Shown one piece after another: positions 37,561 to 47,502 of a stretch of DNA of 64,000 nucleotides. A program made the position numbers and the translations under genes. The notes under the pieces are model-generated. The model searched no databases. It saw nothing but the letters and a program-made list of their open reading frames with translations, and was not told where the DNA came from. Origin of the DNA: Lama glama (Eukaryota); the NCBI GenBank assembly GCA_028534125.1, contig CM052816.1, forward strand, positions 100,504,001-100,568,000. The letters run 5' to 3'. Position 1 is the stretch's first letter, and each line of letters starts with the position of its first letter.

Positions 37561-39089
37561 GCCGAGTGAGGGCTCCCCCAGCCGCCTAGCCGTTCCCTGC
37601 CATGATTTCTGCGACCATCGGTGCTGTCCTGTTACCGACACTTGGGCGAGGGGTGTGGTCACTGCTGACACCCCAAGGGGGTGGGCAGCAAAACCGCGGC
37701 AGACAACCATCTGCCTCTACCGTGTTTTGTCAAACCTGAGGACTTGCGGCCCTGTGTCTTGGGAAGGGGGCAGTCGTGGGCTGGTCAGATTCGACCAGAA
37801 TCAAGACGTCCGCCAGGATCTCCCAGCCTCCAGGCTGCGAAGTGGATTGAGAACAGACCTATTGTTTGGAAAACACAACAAGCAAAATTCTTATACCCGG
37901 CTCTGACTCTTCTGCTGTGTGTGAAAGTACTAACATGTTTTAAAATCGTGCGAGTCCTTGCTGACGGTCACCGTGACGGGAACTGTGGATTCTTTATTTT
38001 GAAATTTCTAAATTTTCCTTAGGGATGTAATTTTCCTGCAGCTACCTAAATCATGAGTTATGAGGCTCTGTGAAATGTTACCCAATTTTGCTTTTGATTT
38101 ACTGCTTAAAGCAGCCTGCATTACCTGGAATGTCTTTGCTAACCTTTCTCACAAGAGATGTTGTCTATAGTTCATAAATTCAGAGGTGTTACTCATTCTG
38201 CTTCTGTGTTTTCTTCCAAAACTCAGAGTCTAATGTCTTCTACTTTGCTTAGATTATTGTTTTGTCATTAAAATTTGTTTTGGCTTATTCCTAGCTCTTC
38301 TATCAGCAAGTTATAATTTCACAATTAAAATGTCTAATTTCTTTCCTCATGTTATGTTGTTATTGAAGTTGGCCAGCGCTCTGTAAAAGGGTGCCAAAGC
38401 CTTAACGGGCACCAAGGAAACGAAATATTTTGTCTCCTTTTGCTTCTCTGTTTTCATTACGCTGACAAAATAAAACATTTAACCCACCTTCAGGTGGAAA
38501 TCGACTTACCCTTATTTATTGCGGAGAGAAATTACACTGCAGCTTTCAAGTTGCTTTCGTGGTTTTCCGTGGAGGGAGGAAGCGCTGCTAACAGACGCCT
38601 TGTCAGGATGCTGATTTTAATAAAGCGGCACTTTTAAAAGATAGTTTGTGGCTATAAATGAGGCTTAAAAGGAAGGGAGCCGTTTATTTGTCTTCATTGT
38701 CTCTCTGGGCTGATGTGTCGACAAATTATTAACCTGAGGAGCAGAAAAACAGTCGTGAAATTTTCAAAACGGAACCTGGAATCTAACTGTTCTGTGTTGC
38801 CGCTCAAGATCGTCTTTGTGAAGTTTTATTTCATTCCTGACACAAACTTTTAAAAGTAATTGAAGTAACTGTTAATTTCACCCCAAGAATAGATGGGTCC
38901 GAACACGCAGGGGCAGGGCGGTCACTGGGGGGTGAGGATGGTCTGCGTCCCGTGCAGTCGGGAAGGCTCATAGCCGGGGAGGCCCCCAGATGGCAGCTCT
39001 CAGGGCTCCCGGGGACCACCGCTCACCGATACCACCCTGCCAGCCTGCAGGGGAGGTGGCGTCGTGAAAAATTAGAACCAAGCATCTCT

Positions 39090-39210
39090 ACGCTCATTTG
39101 TTCTGCAAGTGCTTACTGAGACCCTGCTAGGCACTGGACCATGTCCGGTGATGAGACAAAGCAACCAGCCCTGCCCTCAGGGACAGTCCCGTCCAGTGGG
39201 GACGACAGCT
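39090..39210 (-). mobile_element. L2 3' end relic
   Basis: ctcatttgttc...ttactgagacc...gctaggcactgg...cctgccctcaggga...ccagtgggg. Confidence 0.6.
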
Positions 39211-39399
39211 AGGCAGCGCTGGAGGAGACGGTGATGAGGACAGAAGGTCATCCAGGGACCTTGAGACCCAGTGAGGGGATCTACTCTGACTGCCAAGTAA
39301 CAAACTCCGTGGCCTCAGAAGCCCATGGGGGCTGGGGCTCAGTGGGCAGCAGTCAGGCACTCAGGGGCTGGAGCAACCCGGAAGCTCCACCGTGCCGGG

Positions 39400-39758
39400 T
39401 ACCCTACACGGCGCCCTCCGCATGCGGCCTTGGTCCTGGTGGTGGCCTGGCTGCTCAGCCGTCAACCAGAGCCCTCAGGGCAGACGCCCCCTGGGCTTGG
39501 CCGTCTCATAGCACAGACGTCCCCAGAGTAAACATCCCAAGAGACAAGAAGCGGGAGCTGCCAGTCCTTCGCTGGACTCTCCAGACTGTGACAGTGTCAC
39601 CGGGCTGAGCTGGTTGCTCATGTGGTCACAGGACCCTCCCCTTCAATGGGATTAAAAGACCCCTCATCTCACGATGGGAGAGGGGCAGGTCCCACTGCAG
39701 GAGCACACGTGGCGTAGGAGACAGTGGCACGGTTCGTGTCGGAAAATAACTACCACTG
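39400..39758 (-). mobile_element. MLT1 (J/K-like) LTR relic
   Basis: tctcatagcacag...cccaagagacaagaagcgggagctgcc...cccctcatctcacgatgggag...ggaaaataactacca. Confidence 0.6.
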
Positions 39759-40149
39759 GGTCTAAGGAAGTGCCTGTGAACGAGTGGCATTTATTCTGAG
39801 CCCACTGAGTTCATGAGGGGTCAACCTGCTAACACTCAGCGCGTCCATCTGCAAAGGGGCCGCGCCCTTCCTCACATCAGTCCCCGGTCCTCGCCTCCCC
39901 CGAGAGGCCCCTAAGGATGTTGTTTTCACATTACTGAAAAGGACACTGACACAGGCATCCAGCAGCCTCTAAGTCCCCGCGGCTGGTGAGAGTCCACGCC
40001 TGCCCACCTCCTCCTGGGCTGCACAGCGAGCTTCCATCTGCGCTGCGTGGCGTGGACTCCGCCGAGCAGCGATGACCCCGAGGAGCGGGCGGATGGGGGT
40101 CCAGGGACAGGAAACACTCACGGAGGATCTCAGCCCAGAGCTGGTCCCC

Positions 40150-40440
40150 TGAGGAGGAAGACGGGAAAGAGAGCCAAGTGGCTGGAGCAAGGTGAGGGAG
40201 GCCGGGTTGAGTCGGGGCATCCGAGATGCAGGCAGGGGGCTCCGTGACCAGGCAGGTGGCTTCCAGAGACCCCCGGCCTCTGTGGGAGGACGGACTGAAG
40301 GGTGGCTGGGTATCGAGAAAGAGGAAGACCAAGGGCGAGAGGAGGTAGTGCCGGGGGAGGGGAGGAGGATTGGGCGCCTTTGGTACAGACAGACCTCTGA
40401 CTGAGAGGCTGCAATGCGGGGCGTGCGGAGGGCTGCCGCA
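40150..40440 (-). mobile_element. Possible L2 relic
   Basis: gagccaagtggctggagcaaggtgagggagg and purine-rich run resemble antisense L2. Confidence 0.35.
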
Positions 40441-41529
40441 GTGACATCCCGCGGTCTCAGGGCTCCATAATGAAAGCCGGCTGATGGTGGCAGCTGTCTC
40501 TAAGATGGGAGACACTATCAGGACAGATACGGAGAAAACCAAGGGCTTGCTGGCCGGCTTTCTCGCTTCCCTCCCAGAAAGTCTGCACTGAAGGCAGACT
40601 CGTCCACGATGGCTTCACCATCTGCTTTGAGCTTCTGGGCTCAGGTGCGCCTCTCCAGGGGCTGATGTCCCAAACCCTGGACAACATGGTCCCTTTGGCA
40701 TGGACAGGGGACGATTTGCAGGTAGCATGGCGTCAGAGATGGGCCATCCTCACGAGATTCCACGGATGCTGGTCCTGAAGCCCTCGAGCCCCTTGTGTGG
40801 TGGCACAGGGCAGCCAGCCGGCAGCTGGGTCTCAGCACAGAGGTGGTCAGCTGGGGCGGGGCCACGGGGCGCAGGCCCGCGGGCAGAACGCGGTGGGCTG
40901 GGTTGGGGGCTGGGGCGGCGGGAAAGGAGATGGGCGGGACCCTTATCCTCCCCTGGCTGGCGTCGCCTCAACAGTGTGTCTTTCTGCCACGTAACCAGGC
41001 TGAGGGAAACACGCCCCCACCTCCAAGCCGTGGACGAGGCCGACTCTGCGGAAGGACGAGGGCTGCTTCTCCACGGCCCCAAGGAAGGGGACGCGCGTCA
41101 GCGAGGTGGGTTGAGAGGCACCTGCCTGGGTCGCCAGCTCAAGAAGAGACGCCGTCCTTATGAAACCATGCGTTTCCCGGAGGGAGCCCCCTGCAACAGT
41201 GGGCTGAGAGTGCTCTGTGCTCCCAGGTCCTGGGAAAAAACCTAACGTGACTTCAACTGGGGGGACAGGTCTCCATTATTCCTTGAACGCCGACGTGAGA
41301 GACAGCTTCCAAGTGGCTCTTTCAGGGTTGAGACAGGCCGGATGGACTCATTTCACTGACTTCCTTTCAGCTCTTGGTGCTCAGAGAATGCTTTCTTATT
41401 GGTATTTATTTTGCTCTAAATTAGCTATTTGCTTATTGACCCAAAATAGTTATCATCTCAGCTGGAAATATATTGGAACTCTGGCTGCCAAGCAAATACT
41501 CAGTAAAAGATGAGCAAAAGCATATGGGG

Positions 41530-41770
41530 AGGAGAGCCCCACCACGGCCGGCCTGCCCGCGCCCGGGAAGGCGTGCTGGCCGGCGGCCCCGCGCCCCGCG
41601 GCCCGCAGCGCCGCGCTGACAGTGATCGATTCCGCCGCGGGGAGGTGTTCACGACGCTCGGCGCTGACGGCTGGGCCTCCTCGCCGTCATTTGCATTTCC
41701 ATTTATCATCTCTGCATTTATCACCACGGAGAGGACGCCAGAGCTAATTAAAGTCTGGGCGAGCAGGGTG
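41530..41770. promoter_or_regulatory. CpG cluster containing Meis, Pbx-Hox and octamer motifs (candidate enhancer)
   Basis: TGACAG 41617-41622, TGATCGAT 41623-41630, ATTTGCAT 41689-41696, two antisense TGATAAATG, CTAATTAA 41744-41751. Confidence 0.55.
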
Positions 41771-43479
41771 ACCGGGAGTCTGGTGGCCACGACACCCAGG
41801 AAGGCCTGGGAAAGTTTCCAGCAGGAAGGACACCAACCTTACACCAAACCCAATTAACTTGATTCTTCAGGAAACCGTCTGAGGCTCCTCCATCGGGGAA
41901 CTGGGGGATTTCAAGCACTCCTCCTAGTTCATGCTTAAATCGGGGGCTTGCCGACACGCCGGACTCCCACCCCAGCCCCGCCCAACCCCGATCTGAAAAT
42001 CTTTCCGTTGAAAGGAAAAGATCTGAAGCACAGAAATCTCATGCTTTTTGTCTGCATGGTGTGCACACCCCTTTATTGCTAGTTCATAAATTCATTTTTT
42101 TCTACAAGTTTAATTCCAAAGATAGGTCCTGGCCTCTTGCTCGCTGCTTCAGTGCAGACCACCGGTGCCCATACGCAGAACGGAGCGGGACTCAGCCAAC
42201 CCAGCTGCGGTGTGAAGGCGCCCCAGCCGTGACCTCCAGGGCCCCGCCCACCACGCGTGGTTTCCTCAGTGCGTTTCCACTGGTGTTCATCCCCCTTTGT
42301 ATCCATGACAATAAATGGCCTCATTAAAGGATGGAATTTCATTTTTCCTTTATGAGTTTTAATTAGAGGCTGGCGTTTTGACTCCCTCCCCCACTGCATA
42401 CCAGATCTCCAGTAGGTCGCTGGGGGGGTCGACTCCATTCTTCATCCTTAGGTCGGTCCGGGAACACCGAAGACGCACTTGGAGAAGCTCCCCGCGGAGC
42501 GAGCCGAGGGGCTTGAGTGGAGGCTGCCTGGACCTTCGGTAGAACAGGGGGATCTCTCTGAGGGACCCGCCTTCCAAATGGGAAGAGGTGGCCCCGCACG
42601 TCCCTGACTTGATGACACGTGTAGCAGAAGGAGGGAGAGGGTGGGCGTCCCATCTGGTGCCACTGATCCCTGAGAATGACTTAGTCCCACTTCAAGGCAA
42701 AGCTTAAAAAGGCTTTTCTCCCTGTGGCATGAGGGCGGGGGTGCGTCCCCTGGAGGAAAAGGGGAAATGCCATTTGTGCCCACTCCAGCCCAGTCACCGC
42801 AGCAGACCCCTGACTGGGAGCACGCCAGCCTGTGTGCACGTCCACGCGGGACTGATGCTCCTCATGATGGCGGGGGTAGGGGGACACCGTGGGCCAGAGA
42901 AGGACGGTCAACTCCCCTGGGCAGGCTGGCGGTGTTCAAAACCGGGTCTTCTGCCTGGCCCCCAGGGCTGTGTCTCCATCCGCACTGCGCCCCTCCAGCC
43001 GAGGCTTCCATCCTGGGAGATTGCCCCAACACTTCCGCAGGGGTGGCGGGGTGCAGGGGAAGGGGTCGTCAGGGCTCCCTCCCACCTGCAGTCAGAGAAG
43101 CGGCAATGCGGTGGCCAGGGCAGCACGTAGATGCTGGGCCGGGGTGGCTGCGGTGGGGCGAGGACAGAGCCCTCTGGTTCTCTCCATGCGCAGAGCACCA
43201 AGCGCAGAGCGGCGGCCGCACGTGCTGGTGTCCATGGTTTCTCCATCCTCACGGTGGCGGCACCCACAGCACTGGAGCAGGACAGGGGAGAGGGTGGGAA
43301 AGGATGGAGGCATCACTTCTAATTCTAAGAAATGGCCGTCTGACTCCTCCTAGCATCTTTCAAGCTGGCAGCGTAATCCGGTGGCACAAGTGGCCCGCCT
43401 TGCTGTGTCCTTCCCTCTCTGAACATCAGCACCTGCAGTGCACAGCGAGTGAGCCCAGAGCTTCCTTGCCTCCTTCAGT

Positions 43480-43640
43480 CCGGAGCTGGGTCTCTCCTCC
43501 CGGATGTGAGTCCCAGGTGCCCAGGAGCCAAGGGCCTCCGTCATGGCTGGGCTGTGTCTCCGAGCCCTGGGCAGGGCTGGGTGCCCGGGAAGCTTGCAGC
43601 CAGCATCTGTGCAATGAGCGGGTGGATGGGTGTATGGATG
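43480..43640 (+). mobile_element. L2 3' end relic
   Basis: ggatgtgagtccc...gctgtgtctccgagccctggg...tctgtgcaatgagcgggtggatgg. Confidence 0.5.
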
Positions 43641-45859
43641 AACTTGAGACCCTCAGCCCAGCTGTCACCTGAGATACTCGGACTGGATTGCTGCCCTCAG
43701 GCGGCCTTGCTCCCACGCAGCCCAGGTACCTGCTTGGGGATGGTCCCTCAGAACGAGGATGACCTTCAGGCAGGCCATCTGGAATTCAAGGCTGGCCCCA
43801 CCTCTCCGCCTCTCCATGTCTCAGGGGTCCAGCTGGAACCCCCATTAGGACCCTCCAGGAGTTGGCGCTGCCATAAAGGTGGCATTCCGAGAAAGGCACG
43901 CAGGCAGGCTGTGTGTGAGAGACAGCGATCAGAAATGCAGGTTTCATGACGAAGGGTAACGTCCACCCGTGGCAAAATTAGCCTTTCTTTTATTAGCCAC
44001 TAAATAAATGTTACTGTAAGTCTGCCATTTTGAACAGTGTCTTTTCTTTCTAATTTATTTTACAAAGATACTAAATTATTCAGAATTGACAATTAGGGGC
44101 ATAGAATGGAAGCAGTCCAGGCATAATTCAAGTCTTCTGAACCAGACGTGAACATTTTGCGGGAAGAATACAGAACTTCACCGAGCACACCATTAATTAC
44201 CTTCCTCTTCATTAAGCCACTAACTGTGCGGTTCACCAAAGATACAAGGAAAATGATTTTCCATTTCATAATTTGATTCCAGAAGGCCCAGTTCTCCAAG
44301 GACGAGAACTTCTCCCTGGGGGAAGTTCAGGACGATTATCACCAGCATGGCCGTCTGCATCTTCGAAAGACATTTATTAAGCACTTAATTGTGCAGAGCA
44401 CTGAGTTAGCTGGCGAACGGAGAAGTGGACAAACTGAACTTTTTGGCTTCTGTGAACGTCTGGGCATGCAAGAGAGTGGATGAAATGGGAAACCAAGATG
44501 AGACACAGAGAATGAAACAAACCGTCAGGGACATCATTTTAGACGAGACACGGGAAAGGGAAACACTCAGCGGAGGAGAGCAGGAAGGGCGAGGAGGAGC
44601 GCGCACAGGCAGGCGGGGATACCAGGCCACCTCGGCACCTCAGGGTGGGCGCTGCGCTGGGACAGAGGTCGCAGGTGCTAGGACAGGCTTGCTGCCCTGG
44701 AGGGGTGTGGAGGGAGGGGCCGGGGGCCACACCGTTCTCGGGAGCTCCGCCCACTCTGCACACAGGTGGCTTCTGCGGAAATACATGTACTGCTCAGGAG
44801 GCAAGGGCATGTCTGCGTTTGGATCGGCGCCGTGTGCAGAATGACAAAGACTTTGGATAACGGTGACCTTTTAAATGACTTAGAAGTCATGACTCGGCAC
44901 TTATTTTTCACTTTAATGTAGTGTTAGATTTTGGTTACAGAGCAGAGGTGCAAAATGCATATCAGAGATGCGTCCAGTGCCTGGCGAGAACGTGGGACCA
45001 GAGGTCAGAACACAGGCACTGCTTTTGACCCCGTGGTCCCCACCAGGGAGGCTCCTTGCCTGGATGGGGAGGGCTGGTGTCCACCCTTCTCGTCTCACCA
45101 GGGCGGCACGTGGGCAGGGGACCAGCCAGGGGAGGCCTCAGCTTCCCAGCGAGGCTCTCTGGGCGCAGGAGAAGCAGCGGGCGTGGGGGTTTGCACGTCC
45201 CGTGGGTTCTTGCTGAAGGGGATTTCTCCACACGAACAGCGCTCACCTCAGCTCAGACGTGCTGACACCCTGTCAGATGGCTGGTTCGCGCTGTACCTTC
45301 TTGGAAGAGAATCAGACAGGGCTAGTTCCGGGCGAGATGGTCATTCTTCCCGCTGCCCCGTCCCTTTAACCGGGGCGGGGATGAACAGTGCGCTGCCTCA
45401 GTGACCGCGGGACAGGCCGTCGCAGTGTCCTGAGCGGCGCCCCGGAGGTCGGCTGCAGGCCTCGTCAGGACCCTCGGGGGCTGGAAACCGCGGGCTCAGA
45501 GACTTTTCCAATGGAATTAACCGTCGTGGAAGCAGAGACTGCTGGACTCCGAGAGGTCCTTTTCAGGTTTATTTAGTTTTTTTTAACTTATTTTAGCCAT
45601 GCTAAGTGACACTATGTTGTCATTATTAAATCCAGTTGCAAGAGTGGCGGCTCTCACAGCCTGCAGCCACCACTGTCACACAGAACATTTCCGTCACCCC
45701 AAATTTTCCTCCTGCTCATTGCAATCGGTCCCCCAAACCTGCCCCAGTGGACACTGACCTGCTTTCTGTCACTATATTTTGCATTTCTAGACTTTTATAT
45801 AAATGTCATTATTCTGTGAGTCTTCTGTGTCTCTTTTCATTTAGCAAAGTGCCTTGGAG

Positions 45860-46800
45860 ACCCTGTACGGCGCTCGCTCGCCCCCACCGCGCAGGCGGGC
45901 CGCCCCGCAAGCGGAGACCACGGCGGCTTTGCCCGCTCGCGCGGACGGCGTCTGCATCCTTCCCCATTAGGGGCTCTTTCGGACAACACGGCCGTGAGCC
46001 CCCACGAACAAGCGTGCATGGAGGCAGGCTTGCATTCCTCCCGGAGCAGCGTGGCCGTGGTACCAAGCTTATGACACGCGGCCAGGGCCCCGTGCTGAGC
46101 GCTCCGCCCGCAGCCTGTGGGCCTTGGCGCCCCCCCCCCGCCCCCCCGCGCCCCGCCCTCCTGGCGATGCTGCCGAGGAGTCTGAGTGACGCTCCTGGGT
46201 CTCCATGCGGCTCTAGTCTGAGTTCCATGGGAACACCATCACCTGGGCTCGTTGTTTGTACAGTTTGATGCTTGGCGCGCGGTGACCGTGGGAGGAGCGC
46301 ATCACTGGCTACATGACCGGTGCCGCCGGCGATGGCGCGGACGGTGCGGCCGCAGGGCAGCAGGAGGGCTCGGTCAGAAGCACGGGCGCCGCCCCCAGAC
46401 TCTAAAGCGTGTTGGAAAGCGGGGTTGAGAGCCACGCCCTCCACGTGCGCTTCTGCTGTAGTGGAGTCATGGGCGCCGAGCCCAGGGCCTCGTGCACACC
46501 CAGCGCGCCGCACCCCCGGGCTACGCCCTCGCCCGCCCACGTGCCTGGTGAGGAAGGCAGGCGCCCGGCCTGTGGCCCCCTGGCTTCGTCATCACCCACG
46601 TGTGTTCTCTCTCTCGGTGTTGCGGTGGCCACACGGCCTATCAGCTTTCCCTCGTCTTGTGGTTCAAGCAGACCGCACGGCTGGATGGCGCTGCCCGCCC
46701 GCACCAGCGCGGCCCTGGGAACTGCATGGTCCACGGAGCAGCCTGCGCTTGGGCACAGCTGCTGCCTGGTTTCTGACTCCGTTTCCCTGTAGCGTTTCCC
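45860..46800. promoter_or_regulatory. CpG island overlapping transposon-derived sequence
   Basis: Very high GC/CpG, including gcggccgc and a C-run at 46130-46157. Confidence 0.65.
46461..46534 (-). mobile_element. Heavily GC-substituted Vic-1-like SINE
   Basis: gtggagtcatgggcgccgagcccagggcctcgtgcacacccagcgcgccgcacccccgggctacgccctcgccc aligns by eye with the SINEs at 18019 and 63123. Confidence 0.6.
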
Positions 46801-46808
46801 TGACCACC

Positions 46809-47185
46809 TGCCACAGATGGAAGCGCCCCCTCAAACCTCATATGCTGAAGCCCTGAGCCTCAGTGCGCTCGCTATTCGGAAAAGGGGTGTTTGGGACGTA
46901 ATTAGGGGTTGATGAGGGTGAGAGGGTGGGCAGCACATCGTGGGATTAGAGCTCTTGGAAATAGAGACAGCGGAGTGCTCTTCCGCTCTGTCCTCCAGGT
47001 GCGGACACAGTGAGAGTGTGGCGGTCTGCAAGCCAGGAAGGGAGCCCTCACCAGAGAGTGACCGTGCTGGCGCCCTGTGCGCGGACGTCCAGACTCTGGA
47101 ACTGGCAGCAGACACGTGTCCGTTGTTTAAGCCCCCCCACCCCGGTCTACGGTGCTGGTGACGCACGGGCTCACACACTCTCTGA
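46809..47185 (+). mobile_element. MLT1A-like MaLR solo LTR
   Basis: tgccacagatgg...caaacctcatatgctgaagccct...gtaattaggggttgatgagg...tctgcaagccaggaagggagccctcaccaga...gttgtttaagcc. Confidence 0.85.
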
Positions 47186-47304
47186 GTTGCATCTGGTATT
47201 TGAACCACATTCACCTGCTGCCTCTGCACCGTGTCCCCAGAGACTAACCCCACATACTGATCTATTCTCTCTGCTGTCTGTGAAAACTATGCAGCATTAA
47301 AGAT

Positions 47305-47502
47305 ACAAGTTAGACTAGTGGTTGTCAGGAGCAGAAGAAAAAAATGGGGGGCAGAGTTTCTCTAGGGGTGATAAGGTTTTCTAAAACGAGTGGCGATGGT
47401 TTAGCACAACTCCGTAAGTCTACAGAAAACTACTGAATTACACACTTCGAAAGGGTGGATTTCACGCTGTGTGAACTGTATTTCAGTTACTGTTATTAAA
47501 AA
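47305..47502 (+). mobile_element. L1MB/ME 3' terminal fragment
   Basis: agactagtggttgtcagg...ggggtgataagg...cacaactccgtaa...actgaattacacactt...gtgaactgtatttc...aaaaa. Confidence 0.75.

Larger units (their letters stand above)
45565..46808 (-). mobile_element. L1MB/ME-like 3' end, GC-shifted in its distal part
   Basis: cagaacatttccgtcacccca...cactgacctgctttctgtcactata...ttttcatttagca is a clear L1 3' UTR; downstream landmarks stay recognisable (ccacgaacaag, cattcctc, gtttccctgaccac). Confidence 0.7.

Noticed and set aside
37100..37906. 268-aa ORF
   Set aside because: Starts in decayed L1 ORF2 C-terminus (WEQPTCLSVDGWIN) and reads through the 3' UTR; not a gene
42767..43672. Longest ORF (301 aa) and similar long ORFs at 45809-46540, 50358-51101 and 58989-59693
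   Set aside because: Pro/Gly/Arg/Ala-rich, overlapping ORFs on both strands, no recognisable domain; expected from stop-codon scarcity in GC-rich DNA
5375..44199. Identical 13-mer acaccattaatta at 5375-5387 and 44187-44199
   Set aside because: Shared 13-mers are expected by chance in 64 kb, and the similarity does not extend
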